From: Candidatus Omnitrophota bacterium
GTDB taxonomy: Bacteria; Omnitrophota; Gorgyraeia; JAFGHF01
Direction of reading: 5' to 3'
Length of the DNA stretch: 64,000 bases
Assembly: GCA_020341815.1 (NCBI GenBank)
Contig: CP070837.1
Coordinates: forward strand, 311,035-375,034
Part shown: piece after piece, positions 1 to 9,537 of the stretch
How positions within the stretch are numbered: position 1 is the stretch's first letter
Layout of the letters: every line of letters starts with the position of its first letter
Notes under the pieces: generated by a model
The model's input: only the letters and a program-made list of their open reading frames with translations
What the model was told of the DNA's origin: nothing
Database searches by the model: none
Translations under genes and position numbers: made by a program

Positions 1-81
1 AAAACACTCACAGAAGTCGGCAAAAAAACAATCACTGAAACCACTGAAAAGAAAGGAGACGCTGAAACCACTGAAGAGTAA
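1..81 (+). CDS. rplV: Probable 3' end of 50S ribosomal protein L22 (partial, cut by window start)
   Basis: Frame 1 reads KTLTEVGKKTITETTEKKGDAETTEE* with TAA at 79-81. Identity is inferred only from its position directly upstream of rpsC. Confidence 0.55.
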   Translation, partial: KTLTEVGKKTITETTEKKGDAETTEE

Positions 82-144
82 ACACTGAAACCACTGAAGT
101 TTTTTTCAGTGTTCTCAGTGCTATTAATTCAGTGCCCTCAGTGT
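32..144. repeat. CACTGA-doublet palindromic repeat, copy 1
   Basis: Three (C)ACTGAAACCACTGAA-type units are followed by two inverted TTCAGTGnnnTCAGTG units. Confidence 0.9.
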
Positions 145-151
145 AACGAGA

Positions 152-838
152 ATGGGTCAGAAAGTTCACCCTTATGCATTAAGATTAGGCTATATAAAGA
201 ATTGGAAGTCGTCCTGGTTCTCCAAAAAGAACGATTTTCCAAAGCTTCTCCATGAAGATATTAAAATCCGCAAATATATAAAGAGTAGTTTTACCAATGC
301 GGGTATCTCCAGTATAGAAATTGAAAGGGCCTCGGGAAGGGTAAGGGTTATTCTGCATACTTCCAGGCCAGGCGTAATTATCGGCAGGCGAGGCGCCGAC
401 ATCGACCGGCTTCGAGACGAACTTCAGGATATAACGGGCAAAGAAGTCTTTATTGATATAAAAGAGGTTAAGAATCCCGCAATCGACGCCCAGCTTGTGG
501 CAGAGAATATAGCCTTTCAGCTGGAGAGGAGAGTAGCCTTCAGAAGGGCAATGAAGAAGGCTATTCAGATGGCTATGAATGCCGGAGCCGAGGGGATAAA
601 GATTGCCTGCCGGGGAAGATTGGGCGGAGCGGAGATGTCCAGAAGGGAAGGTTATCGCGAAGGAAAAATTCCCTTGCAGACTTTCCGGGCGGATATAGAT
701 TATGGATTTACCGAGGCAAGGACTGCTTACGGAAGCATTGGAGTTAAGGTTTGGACGTATAAAGGCGAAGTTCATCCAGAGAAATTAAAGGATAAAGATA
801 AAAATGGCGTTGATGCCGAAAAGAGTAAAATATCGTAA
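152..838 (+). CDS. rpsC: 30S ribosomal protein S3
   Basis: MGQKVHP start, KH domain ([10 protein letters not shown]), GRLGGAEM and [11 protein letters not shown] motifs. Confidence 0.99.
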   Translation: MGQKVHPYALRLGYIKNWKSSWFSKKNDFPKLLHEDIKIRKYIKSSFTNAGISSIEIERASGRVRVILHTSRPGVIIGRRGADIDRLRDELQDITGKEVFIDIKEVKNPAIDAQLVAENIAFQLERRVAFRRAMKKAIQMAMNAGAEGIKIACRGRLGGAEMSRREGYREGKIPLQTFRADIDYGFTEARTAYGSIGVKVWTYKGEVHPEKLKDKDKNGVDAEKSKIS

Positions 839-1217
839 ATACCAGAGAGGGACGCGTCGGGGACTCTCAACAAAAGCCTCTCGTGTCGCCTTTGGTGAAT
901 ACGGACTGCAGGCCCTGGAGAATGCCTGGTTGAGTAATACGCAGATTGAAGCGGCCAGGGTTTCTCTAACCAGACACCTGAGAGAAGCAGGCAAAGTCTG
1001 GGTCAGGATTTTTCCCGACAAGTCGGTAACCAAAAAACCCGCGGAAACAAGAATGGGCAAAGGTAAAGGCATGCCCGAGCACTGGGTTGCTGTAGTCAGG
1101 CGCGGACGCATTCTCTTTGAGCTGGAAGGCGTGCATGAAAATATAGCCCGCCAGGCCTTGAGGCTGGCGGCGCACAAAATGCCTTTTAGCACAAAGTTTG
1201 TCTCCCGCAAACGTTAG
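804..1217 (+). CDS. rplP: 50S ribosomal protein L16
   Basis: [16 protein letters not shown] and [14 protein letters not shown] motifs. Confidence 0.99.
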   Translation: MALMPKRVKYRKYQRGTRRGLSTKASRVAFGEYGLQALENAWLSNTQIEAARVSLTRHLREAGKVWVRIFPDKSVTKKPAETRMGKGKGMPEHWVAVVRRGRILFELEGVHENIARQALRLAAHKMPFSTKFVSRKR

Positions 1218-1231
1218 GTACGGAGAAAAAA

Positions 1232-1447
1232 ATGAAGCCGAGCGAATTGAGAGAAAAGACCTCATCGGAACTGACGCAAAAGCTCCATTCTTTAAGAGAA
1301 GAATTATTTAATTTAAGATACCAGGCAAAAACAGGAAGGCTGGAGAAGCCCAGCCTTATCAGGAACATTAAAAGGGATATCGCCAGAATCAATACAATAA
1401 CCAAGGAAAAGAAGGATGCAGAAAGAGCGCAACAAAAGAAAAGTTAG
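1232..1447 (+). CDS. rpmC: 50S ribosomal protein L29
   Basis: ELFNLR...[13 protein letters not shown]; operon position. Confidence 0.97.
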   Translation: MKPSELREKTSSELTQKLHSLREELFNLRYQAKTGRLEKPSLIRNIKRDIARINTITKEKKDAERAQQKKS

Positions 1448-1673
1448 AAAAGGCACGGTTGTTAGCGACAAAATGGATAAGACCATTGTGGTAAGAGTAG
1501 AGAGGCTTACCAAACACCCGAAATACGGTCGTGTTATATGGCGTGCCAGCAAATTTAAGGTTCACGATCGAGAAAACCAAGCTAAGATGGGCGACAAAGT
1601 GCGGATAATGGAAACCCGCCCGCTTTCCAAAGAGAAAAGATGGCGGCTTATAGAAGTAGTATCTAGTCGCTAG
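1416..1673 (+). CDS. rpsQ: 30S ribosomal protein S17
   Basis: [19 protein letters not shown] and ETRPLSK motifs. Confidence 0.98.
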   Translation: MQKERNKRKVRKGTVVSDKMDKTIVVRVERLTKHPKYGRVIWRASKFKVHDRENQAKMGDKVRIMETRPLSKEKRWRLIEVVSSR

Positions 1674-1760
1674 TATTTAGTCGTTAGTATTTGATATTTA
1701 GTAAAATAAAAAACAATAAAAAACTTTTAACTAGATACTAGATACAAGCGACCAGCGACT
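1657..1760. repeat. Heptamer-array palindrome, copy 1
   Basis: Tandem TAGTATC/TAGTCGC/TAGTATT units, an A-rich core, then inverted TAGATAC/AGCGAC units. Confidence 0.9.
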
Positions 1761-1782
1761 GTGAGGAGCGAAGCGACGAACA

Positions 1783-2151
1783 ATGATACAGATGCGCACA
1801 ATATTAGATGTAGCGGATAATACCGGAGCAAAACGGGCTTCATGTATCGGTGTAATAGGACGTTCGGGCAAAAGGTTTGCGGATATCGGAGATATTATCA
1901 GCTGCAATATTAAAGAGTCCACTCCTGACGCAGCGGTAAAGAAGGGTGAAGTCGTAAAGGCGGTCGTGGTGCGGACTAAAAGCCCCATCCATCGAGCGGA
2001 TGGCTCAAACCTGAAGTTCGACCGCAATGCCTGTGTAATTATCGATACCCAAATGAATCCGCGGGGAACAAGGATTTTCGGGCCTGTTGCCCGGGAGTTG
2101 AGGGATAAGAATTTTATGAAAATAATCTCTTTAGCGCCAGAGGCCATTTAA
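1783..2151 (+). CDS. rplN: 50S ribosomal protein L14
   Basis: MIQ...VADNTGAK and [13 protein letters not shown] motifs. Confidence 0.99.
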   Translation: MIQMRTILDVADNTGAKRASCIGVIGRSGKRFADIGDIISCNIKESTPDAAVKKGEVVKAVVVRTKSPIHRADGSNLKFDRNACVIIDTQMNPRGTRIFGPVARELRDKNFMKIISLAPEAI

Positions 2152-2155
2152 AGCT

Positions 2156-2470
2156 ATGCCAAAGATTAGAAAAAACGATACAGTAATCCTGCGCGCAGGA
2201 AAAGATAAAGGGAAAAAAGGCAAGGTCTTGGGTGTCTTCCCTAAGCGCAATCGCGCCATCGTGGAGGGTGTAAATTTTATAAAAAGGCACACCCGTAAAA
2301 CACGCCAGGACGCGCAGGGAGGAATTATCCAGAAAGAAGCGTCTTTGCATATTTCCAACCTGATGCCTTTCTGCAATAAATGCAATAAGCCCACAAGGAT
2401 TGGTTTTACCCTGTTGAAAGACCGTACCAAAGCAAGAATTTGCAAGAGGTGCCGTGAGGTCATAGGATGA
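2156..2470 (+). CDS. rplX: 50S ribosomal protein L24
   Basis: KOW motif [29 protein letters not shown]. Confidence 0.98.
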   Translation: MPKIRKNDTVILRAGKDKGKKGKVLGVFPKRNRAIVEGVNFIKRHTRKTRQDAQGGIIQKEASLHISNLMPFCNKCNKPTRIGFTLLKDRTKARICKRCREVIG

Positions 2471-3018
2471 TGATTCCCAGGTTATTAGAAAAATATAAAA
2501 AAGACATTATTCCGCATATAATGCAGAAATTCGGCTTCAAAAACAGGCTTCAGGTCCCCCGCCTTAAAAAGATAGTCATAAATATGGGTCTGGGGGCCGC
2601 CGCGCACGATGCCAAACTTCTGGAACAGGCGACAGCCGATTTGGCTTTGATTACAGGGCAACGTCCGGTAATTACCAAGGCGCGTAAGGCTATTTCAAAT
2701 TTTAAGATAAGGAAGGGGTCCAAGCTCGGATGTAAAGTTACGCTTCGCGGACGCAGGATGTATGAATTTCTAGACCGCTTGGTTAATGTGGCCCTGCCCA
2801 GAATCAGAGACTTTCGGGGTTTTTCACAGAAGTCTTTCGATGGCCAGGGTAATTACTCTTTAGGGATAAACGAGCAGACTATTTTTCCGGAGATAGATAT
2901 TGATAAGACCCAGAGGCTTCAAGGTATGGATATTACTATAGTAACCACAACCGAAAACCAAGAGCTGGCGCGTGAGCTCTTAAAGGAATTCAACTTCCCT
3001 TTTATGAATCATGGCTAA
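2467..3018 (+). CDS. rplE: 50S ribosomal protein L5
   Basis: [20 protein letters not shown] and FDGQGNY motifs. Confidence 0.99.
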   Translation: MMIPRLLEKYKKDIIPHIMQKFGFKNRLQVPRLKKIVINMGLGAAAHDAKLLEQATADLALITGQRPVITKARKAISNFKIRKGSKLGCKVTLRGRRMYEFLDRLVNVALPRIRDFRGFSQKSFDGQGNYSLGINEQTIFPEIDIDKTQRLQGMDITIVTTTENQELARELLKEFNFPFMNHG

Positions 3019-3196
3019 AAAATCACTAATAGCGAAAGCGGAGAGAAAACCTAAATTCAAAGTCAGGAAATACCATCGCTGTAAAATTTGCGGAAGGCGC
3101 AGAGGATATATGCGCCGCTTTGGAATCTGTAGAATCTGTTTTCGTGAATTGGCCTGGCGCGGAGAAATTCCCGGTGTCACTAAGGCCAGTTGGTAA
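3011..3196 (+). CDS. rpsN: 30S ribosomal protein S14 type Z (zinc-binding)
   Basis: 61 aa with CKICG...CRICFRE and [11 protein letters not shown]. Confidence 0.98.
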   Translation: MAKKSLIAKAERKPKFKVRKYHRCKICGRRRGYMRRFGICRICFRELAWRGEIPGVTKASW

Positions 3197-3215
3197 CAAG
3201 AGGAAGGCATAAAAG

Positions 3216-3614
3216 ATGAGCATAACTGATCCCTTAGCGGATATGTTCACGGTTATCCGCAATGCAGGAAACGCAAAGAAGGATAAGGCGGAATTTCCCT
3301 CATCCAAATTTAAAATAGAAATCCTGGATGTCCTGAAAAAAGAAGGATATATCAGAAATTATAAATATATCAGCGACAAAAAACAAGGTCGCTTACGCGT
3401 TTACTTAAGGTTTAAAAAAGAAAAAAAGCCGGCCATAACCATGATAAAACGTATCTCTAGACCGGGCCTCCGAGTCTATGTGTCAAAAGATGAGATTCCC
3501 CGGGTACTGCGGGGAATGGGCATGGCCATAATTTCTACCTCTTCCGGAATCCTCACCGACTCCCAGGCAAGAACGCAAGGCGTGGGTGGAGAGGTAATCT
3601 GTTATTTGTGGTAA
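3216..3614 (+). CDS. rpsH: 30S ribosomal protein S8
   Basis: DPLADMFTVIRN, SRPGLRVY and GGEVICY motifs. Confidence 0.99.
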   Translation: MSITDPLADMFTVIRNAGNAKKDKAEFPSSKFKIEILDVLKKEGYIRNYKYISDKKQGRLRVYLRFKKEKKPAITMIKRISRPGLRVYVSKDEIPRVLRGMGMAIISTSSGILTDSQARTQGVGGEVICYLW

Positions 3615-3626
3615 AGGAGTCAGAAG

Positions 3627-4163
3627 GTGTCCCGTATAGGAAAGAATCCAATAAATATTCCTGCAGGCGTCAAGGCCCAGGTCAGCGGTTCAAATATAAC
3701 CATCGAAGGGGCGAAAGGCAAGCTGAGCAGGGTTATCCATTCACGCATAAAAGTGCAGGTAAAAGATAATCAAATTGTAGTAACAAGGCCTACCAACTCA
3801 AACCAGGACAGGTCCTTGCATGGCTTAACGAGGAATCTTATTTATAATATGGTTAAAGGCGTAAGCGAAGGTTTTAACAAAGAGTTAGAAATAAAGGGTG
3901 TGGGTTTCCGTGCTCAAGCCAGCGGCAAATCCTTAAACCTTCAATTAGGATTTTCTCACCCGGTAGTTTTTACTATCCCTGAGGGTATTTCTATAGAGAC
4001 GCCTAAGCCTGTGCAGATTGTAATCAAAGGGATTGATAAGGAAAAGGTAGGCAGTGTAGCGGCAAAAATAAGGTCTTTTTATAAGCCTGAGCCTTATAAG
4101 GGTAAAGGAATCAGATATAAAGACGAATATGTCAGGCATAAAGTTGGTAAGGCTGTTGCTTAA
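3627..4163 (+). CDS. rplF: 50S ribosomal protein L6
   Basis: SRIGKNPI, LGFSHPV and PEPYKGKGIRY motifs. Confidence 0.99.
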   Translation: MSRIGKNPINIPAGVKAQVSGSNITIEGAKGKLSRVIHSRIKVQVKDNQIVVTRPTNSNQDRSLHGLTRNLIYNMVKGVSEGFNKELEIKGVGFRAQASGKSLNLQLGFSHPVVFTIPEGISIETPKPVQIVIKGIDKEKVGSVAAKIRSFYKPEPYKGKGIRYKDEYVRHKVGKAVA

Positions 4164-4175
4164 TCAGGAAGACGA

Positions 4176-4538
4176 ATGGACGAGAAGAAAATAAAGCGAA
4201 TCAGAAGGCATAAAAGAATCCGCAGGAAAGTCTTTGGCACAAAGACTAAACCCAGACTTTGCGTATTTCGCAGTCTGAACAATATCTACGCCCAGCTCAT
4301 TGACGATATAAATGAGCGGACTCTATTATCAGTCTCTACGGCCAATAAGGATTTCAAGAAAAAAGTCAAAAGTTCCAGCGGAAATGCCAAGGCGGCTGCG
4401 GCCTTGGGCGAGGTTTTTGCCGAAGAGGCAAAGAAAAAAGGAATCAGCGAAGTCGTTTTTGACAGGGCAGGATTTCTTTATCATGGCAGGGTGCGCGCAT
4501 TGGCTGAGTCTGCGCGCAAGCACGGATTGAAATTTTAG
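4176..4538 (+). CDS. rplR: 50S ribosomal protein L18
   Basis: PRLCVFRSLNNIYAQLIDD and VFDRAGFLYHGRV motifs. Confidence 0.99.
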   Translation: MDEKKIKRIRRHKRIRRKVFGTKTKPRLCVFRSLNNIYAQLIDDINERTLLSVSTANKDFKKKVKSSSGNAKAAAALGEVFAEEAKKKGISEVVFDRAGFLYHGRVRALAESARKHGLKF

Positions 4539-4557
4539 GATTAAGGACTAAACCAAA

Positions 4558-5187
4558 ATGGCGGAGAAAAAATCACAAAAAAAAGCAGAAGAGACGAAAC
4601 AGGCCCGCCTAAAGACTGGCGGACAGGCCCGCCCGCCCTCGGCTTCGCCGAGAGGCGAGACGGCGAGGCAGGAAGAGCTGAAACAGCCGGAATTAATAGA
4701 AAAAGTAGTTGCTGTTAATCGCACTGCAAAAGTAGTTAAGGGTGGCCGGCGTTTCGCATTTAGCGCTTTGGTAGTGGTGGGGGATGCTTGCGGTAATCTG
4801 GGTTATGGCTTCGGCAAGGCGCGTGAAGTGGCTGAGGCCATTCGTAAAGGTTTAAATGCAGCCAAGAAACATATGTTTAAGGTTTCCTTAAAAGATACCA
4901 CCATTATTCATGAAATTGAAGGAAAGTTTAGCGCGGCAAGAGTTATTTTAAAGCCCGCCTCAAAAGGAACAGGGGTAATTGCCGGCGGGGCGGTGAGAGC
5001 GGTATGTGAAGCCGCGGGAATTAAGGATATATTAACTAAAAGTATTCGTTCCGATAATCCTATCAATGTAGCCAGGGCCGCTATCGAAGGTCTGCTTAGT
5101 CTGAAAACTGAAAAAACTCAAAGTCAAACTTTCATAGATGAGTCTGAGGCTGAGGCCGAAGAAGAGGCAACTGATGCGACTCAATGA
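4558..5187 (+). CDS. rpsE: 30S ribosomal protein S5 with a repeat-derived N-terminal insertion
   Basis: [13 protein letters not shown] and [12 protein letters not shown] motifs. Confidence 0.98.
   Translation: MAEKKSQKKAEETKQARLKTGGQARPPSASPRGETARQEELKQPELIEKVVAVNRTAKVVKGGRRFAFSALVVVGDACGNLGYGFGKAREVAEAIRKGLNAAKKHMFKVSLKDTTIIHEIEGKFSAARVILKPASKGTGVIAGGAVRAVCEAAGIKDILTKSIRSDNPINVARAAIEGLLSLKTEKTQSQTFIDESEAEAEEEATDATQ
4601..4672. repeat. In-frame palindromic REP-like insertion (24 bp + 45 bp units) inside rpsE
   Basis: AGG-CCCGCCTAAAGACTGGCGGAC-AGG-CCCGCC[CGCCCTCGGCTTCGCCGAGAGGCG]AGACGGCGAGGC-AGG. The first unit is near-identical to 63310-63336. Confidence 0.85.
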
Positions 5188-5617
5188 TTTATATCCCTCA
5201 AAAGGCACAAACAAGAAGCCCAAGCGCGTAGGAAGAGGTATAGGCTCCGGTCACGGCAAGACTTCCTGCCGGGGGCATAAAGGTCAAAAGGCCCGTTCCG
5301 GCAGAAAACTGCGACCCGGTTTCGAAGGAGGGCAGATGCCTATAGCGCGCAGGCTGCCAAAAAGGGGATTTAGAAATCGTTTCAAAAAAGAATATCAGAT
5401 AATCAATGTTGAGCAGTTGAATAAGTTCAGGAAAGATTCCACGATAACGCCTCAGATACTTCAGGATGAGGGTCTGATTAAGGATGCTCAAATGCCTATT
5501 AAGATTTTAGGCAAGGGAAAAATCGCAAAGGTATTAAATATTCAAACCCCCGCCATCTCCCAACAGGCAAAAGAGAAGATAGAGAAGGCCGGCGGAAAAG
5601 TAAGCACGGTATGTTAA
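5174..5617 (+). CDS. rplO: 50S ribosomal protein L15
   Basis: [13 protein letters not shown] and FEGGQMP motifs. Start reassigned to ATG 5174 (MRLNDL). Confidence 0.98.
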   Translation: MRLNDLYPSKGTNKKPKRVGRGIGSGHGKTSCRGHKGQKARSGRKLRPGFEGGQMPIARRLPKRGFRNRFKKEYQIINVEQLNKFRKDSTITPQILQDEGLIKDAQMPIKILGKGKIAKVLNIQTPAISQQAKEKIEKAGGKVSTVC

Positions 5618-6942
5618 AGGCTTTATCGAATATTTTTAAGATTCCGGATCTAAGACGAAGGGTGCTGTTTACTCTGGGTCTTTTTGCTGTTTATAGAATC
5701 GGCGCGTTTATTCCTACGCCGGGAATAGACAGCTCAAAACTGGCTCAATTTTTTGATAACATCGCTAAAAGCCAGGGCGGTACGCTCTTTGGAATAATGA
5801 ATATGTTTAGCGGCGGGGCGATGCGCAGACTTACGGTATTCGCCCTGGGGATTATGCCCTATATTTCGGCCTCAATTATTCTGCAGCTTTTGACTACGGT
5901 CGTGCCTTATCTGGAAAAATTAAGCAAAGAAGGCGAAATGGGCAGAAAGAAGATTATCCAGTATACCCGCTACGGAACTATCGTTCTTTCTATAATCCAG
6001 TCCTTTTTTGTGAGCGTGTGGCTGGAAAATCCGGCTCATTTTCAAGGCCTGCAGATAGTGCAGCTTCCCGGATGGCCTTTCAGGCTGCTGACAGTATTAA
6101 CATTGACTACGGGATGCGCTTTTATTATGTGGCTGGGAGAGCAAATCCAGGAATACGGAATAGGCAACGGAATTTCCCTGATTATTACCGTAGGAATTAT
6201 TTCCCGGCTGCCCAGTGCCCTGTATCAGGTTGGTTTCTATTTGAGAAGAGGACAGATGCAGCCTTTTATTCTGTTGCTTATGGTGATAATAATGCTGGCG
6301 GTAATCGTGGCGGTTATTCTGATTACCCAGGGCCAACGCAGGATACCGGTGCAATATGCCCGCAGGATTATCGGGCGCCGGGTTTACGGTGGACAGAGTA
6401 CCTATATCCCCTTACGGGTAAATCAGGCAGGTGTAATACCCATAATCTTTGCCCAGTCCATTATACTTTTTCCGGCAACTTTAGCCGGGCTTATGCCGTC
6501 TCCTTTTTTGCAGTCTTTAGCTGCTTCGCTTACGCAAGGGGGGCTTTTGTATTTTATTTTATATTCGGGGCTGATTATTTTCTTCAGTTATTTTTATACG
6601 GCAATAACGTTTAATCCTGTGGACGTAGCCGAAAATATGCGCAAATACGGAGGCTTTGTTCCCGGAATAAGGCCGGGAAAACCCACCGCTCAATATTTCG
6701 ATTTTATTTTAACGCGGATAACGCTTCCGGGAGCAATCTTTCTGGCAATAATTGCTATATTTCCGCAGTTTATCGGCGCATGGCTGCGTATTCCCTACCT
6801 GGTAGCTTCGTTTTTCGGCGGCACAGGGCTTTTGATTATGGTAGGTGTTGTGCTGGATACAATGAGACAGGTGGAATCGCATCTTCTGATGAGACATTAC
6901 GAAGGATTTATGAAAAAAGGGAAATTGAAAGGACGACGCTGA
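5611..6942 (+). CDS. secY: Preprotein translocase subunit SecY
   Basis: FALGIMPYISASII, GIGNGISLII and IPIIFA motifs; multiple TM segments. Confidence 0.99.
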   Translation: MLKALSNIFKIPDLRRRVLFTLGLFAVYRIGAFIPTPGIDSSKLAQFFDNIAKSQGGTLFGIMNMFSGGAMRRLTVFALGIMPYISASIILQLLTTVVPYLEKLSKEGEMGRKKIIQYTRYGTIVLSIIQSFFVSVWLENPAHFQGLQIVQLPGWPFRLLTVLTLTTGCAFIMWLGEQIQEYGIGNGISLIITVGIISRLPSALYQVGFYLRRGQMQPFILLLMVIIMLAVIVAVILITQGQRRIPVQYARRIIGRRVYGGQSTYIPLRVNQAGVIPIIFAQSIILFPATLAGLMPSPFLQSLAASLTQGGLLYFILYSGLIIFFSYFYTAITFNPVDVAENMRKYGGFVPGIRPGKPTAQYFDFILTRITLPGAIFLAIIAIFPQFIGAWLRIPYLVASFFGGTGLLIMVGVVLDTMRQVESHLLMRHYEGFMKKGKLKGRR

Positions 6943-6944
6943 TT

Positions 6945-7607
6945 ATGCGATTGGTGCTTTTGGGTCCACCCGGAGCAGGTAAAGGCACGCAGGCGAAGCT
7001 GCTTTCGGAAAAATTTAATATTCCGCATATCTCTACAGGGGATATGTTGCGCGATGAGGTGCGCGAAAAAACAGAGCTCGGGCATAAAGTTGCCGAATTT
7101 GTCAAAATCGGAGAATTGGTTCCGGACGATATCGTTATAAAGGTTGTTATACACAGATTAAGTAAACCCGATGCTAAAGCCGGATTTATCCTTGATGGTT
7201 TTCCGCGCACGCTTAAGCAGGCTGAAGAACTGAACAAGGCCCTAAGAGAGTTAAATATTTCTATTGACCGGGTTATTTATTTTCAAACAACACCCGAAGT
7301 GAGCATAAAGAGGCTTTCGGGAAGACGGGTTTGTGAAGGTTGCGGGGTAAACTTCCACCTGATTAATATGCCGCCTAAACATGAGGGAATTTGCGACTTT
7401 TGCGGCAAAGAACTCTTTTTAAGAGAAGACGATAAGGAAGAGACAGTAAAGAAAAGGCTGGAAATTTACCGGAAGGAAACAGTTAGTTTAATCGATTATT
7501 ATAAAAATAACGGAAGTTTAAGGGAAGTCTCCGGAGATTTAGAAGCGAACAAGTTAAATAGTCAACTCCTAAAGATGTTTGCCGAAGAAAAATTGATAGC
7601 TAAATGA
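6945..7607 (+). CDS. adk: Adenylate kinase
   Basis: GPPGAGKGT, HISTGDMLR, LDGFPRT and a zinc-type lid. Start reassigned to ATG 6945. Confidence 0.98.
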   Translation: MRLVLLGPPGAGKGTQAKLLSEKFNIPHISTGDMLRDEVREKTELGHKVAEFVKIGELVPDDIVIKVVIHRLSKPDAKAGFILDGFPRTLKQAEELNKALRELNISIDRVIYFQTTPEVSIKRLSGRRVCEGCGVNFHLINMPPKHEGICDFCGKELFLREDDKEETVKKRLEIYRKETVSLIDYYKNNGSLREVSGDLEANKLNSQLLKMFAEEKLIAK

Positions 7608-8353
7608 TAAAGGTTAAGAGTGCCGAAGAGATTGAGCTGATCAGGCGTGCCTGTGGGGTGGTAAGTGAGGTTATTAAACAGCTCAAGGTTTATGTACGAA
7701 CAGGCATTTCTACAAAACAACTGGATGAGCTGGCCAAGAAGTTGTTGAGGGAACTCGGAGCAACTTCGGCCTTTAAAGGATATCGGGGATACCCCGCTAA
7801 TATTTGCACCTCGGTTAATGAACAGGTTGTTCATGGTATTCCCGGCAGCCGCCGGCTCAAAGAAGGCGACATAATAAGCATAGACGTGGGGGCAAAGTTA
7901 AAGGGATATTTCGGAGATGCGGCCTGCACCTGGCCCGTAGGAAGGATTTCGCAAAAGGCCGATAAGCTTTTGTCTGTTGGCCGCGGCGCCCTGGCTGCAG
8001 GTATTGCTCAGGCTTGCGAAGGCAATCATCTTTTGGATATTTCCAGCCACATCCAATCCTATGTCGAATCTTCGGGGTGTTCGGTAGTGCGTAAGTTTGT
8101 AGGGCACGGGATCGGTTCTCAAATGCATGAAGAGCCGGAGATACCCAATTTCGGAAAAGCCGGGCTTGGGCCCCTTTTGAAGGCCGGAATGGTGCTGGCA
8201 ATTGAGCCTATGGTCAATGAAGGCACCTTCGAAGTCGAGATTTTGAAAGACAAGTGGACGGCAGTAACTAAAGACAGAAAACTTTCTGCGCATTTTGAAC
8301 ACACTGTCTGCGTAACTAAAGATAAACCGGAAGTTCTAACTGCCTGGGAGTAG
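7604..8353 (+). CDS. map: Type I methionine aminopeptidase
   Basis: [23 protein letters not shown] and SAHFEHTV motifs. Confidence 0.98.
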   Translation: MIKVKSAEEIELIRRACGVVSEVIKQLKVYVRTGISTKQLDELAKKLLRELGATSAFKGYRGYPANICTSVNEQVVHGIPGSRRLKEGDIISIDVGAKLKGYFGDAACTWPVGRISQKADKLLSVGRGALAAGIAQACEGNHLLDISSHIQSYVESSGCSVVRKFVGHGIGSQMHEEPEIPNFGKAGLGPLLKAGMVLAIEPMVNEGTFEVEILKDKWTAVTKDRKLSAHFEHTVCVTKDKPEVLTAWE

Positions 8354-8358
8354 GTAAA

Positions 8359-8577
8359 ATGGCTAAAGAAGAACCCTTGGAAGTTACCGGCACGGTTACC
8401 GAATCTCTGCCCAACGCTACCTTTCGCGTAGAATTGGAAAACGGACATAAGATTCTCGCCCATATATCCGGAAAAATGAGAATGAACTTCATCAGAATTC
8501 TACCGGGAGATAAGGTAACCATAGAGATGTCGCCTTATGATTTAAGCAAAGGGCGAATAGTTTATCGGAATAAGTAA
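8359..8577 (+). CDS. infA: Translation initiation factor IF-1
   Basis: [14 protein letters not shown]...ISGKMR...[10 protein letters not shown]. Confidence 0.99.
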   Translation: MAKEEPLEVTGTVTESLPNATFRVELENGHKILAHISGKMRMNFIRILPGDKVTIEMSPYDLSKGRIVYRNK

Positions 8578-8592
8578 GTGAGGACATAAATA

Positions 8593-8706
8593 ATGAAAGT
8601 TAAGGCCTCTATAAAAAGGATTTGCGAAAAGTGTAAGATTGTAAAACGCAAAGGCGTGCTGCGAGTAATTTGCGCCGACCCCAAACATAAACAAAGACAA
8701 GGATGA
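8593..8706 (+). CDS. rpmJ: 50S ribosomal protein L36 (below ORF-track size cutoff)
   Basis: Manual translation: [37 protein letters not shown]. Confidence 0.98.
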   Translation: MKVKASIKRICEKCKIVKRKGVLRVICADPKHKQRQG

Positions 8707-8712
8707 TTTGAT

Positions 8713-9117
8713 ATGCCCAGAATTATAGGTGTGGATATACCCAAGGAAAAAAGGATTGAGATAGCCCTTACCTATATCCATGGTATTGGTCGCTCCATCT
8801 CAAATAAATTATTGCGCCTTGCCGCAATTAATCCTGATATGCGCGCCAAGGATTTAACCGAGGAAGAAATTGCCAAATTGACCGGCGTGATTCAGAGAGA
8901 GGTCAAGGCAGAAGGAGATCTAAGAAGAGAACTTGCGCAAAATATCAAGCGACTGATTGAAATCGGTAGCTGGCGGGGTTTAAGGCACAAAAGAGGGCTT
9001 CCTGTGCGGGGCCAGAGAACCAGGACCAATGCCCGGACCCGAAAAGGTCCTCGTAAAACAATAGGCGCGATAAAAGCAAAGGCCGCCGCAGCTCCTGCTA
9101 AAGAAGCGGCTAAATAA
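8713..9117 (+). CDS. rpsM: 30S ribosomal protein S13
   Basis: ALTYIHGIG and [22 protein letters not shown] motifs. Confidence 0.99.
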   Translation: MPRIIGVDIPKEKRIEIALTYIHGIGRSISNKLLRLAAINPDMRAKDLTEEEIAKLTGVIQREVKAEGDLRRELAQNIKRLIEIGSWRGLRHKRGLPVRGQRTRTNARTRKGPRKTIGAIKAKAAAAPAKEAAK

Positions 9118-9141
9118 ACCTACTAATATAAGAGGAAAAAA

Positions 9142-9537
9142 ATGGCTAAACCCCAACAAAGAACAAAAGTTAAAAAAAGGGTAATTCATGATCCCTCAGG
9201 TTGCATTGCCCACATCCAGGCAACTTTCAATAACACGATAATTACTATTACGGACAATAAAGGTGGCGCCATTAGCTGGGCCAGCAGCGGATTGGTCGGT
9301 TTTAAGGGTTCAAAGAAATCGACTCCCTTTGCCGCGCAACGAGCTGCCGAACATGTCGCCCGTAAAGCCAAGGAACTGGGAGTAAAACAGGTAGAGGTAT
9401 ATGTAAAAGGCCCCGGTTCAGGCAGAGAATCAGCCATTCGCGCCATACAGGCCGCAGGACTTTCTATCGTGGCAATAAGAGACGTTACTCCTATTCCGCA
9501 TAATGGCTGCAGGCCACCAAAACGCAGGAGAGTGTAA
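9142..9537 (+). CDS. rpsK: 30S ribosomal protein S11
   Basis: [19 protein letters not shown] and [18 protein letters not shown] motifs. Confidence 0.99.
   Translation: MAKPQQRTKVKKRVIHDPSGCIAHIQATFNNTIITITDNKGGAISWASSGLVGFKGSKKSTPFAAQRAAEHVARKAKELGVKQVEVYVKGPGSGRESAIRAIQAAGLSIVAIRDVTPIPHNGCRPPKRRRV

Noticed and set aside
32-144. CACTGA and heptamer arrays as CRISPR arrays
   Set aside because: Units are 7-16 bp, arranged as inverted pairs with no unique 30-40 bp spacers, and no cas genes are present.
5174-5187. Absence of rpmD (L30) between rpsE and rplO
   Set aside because: Real, but loss of L30 is already known in PVC and several other lineages. Used only as a taxonomic hint.
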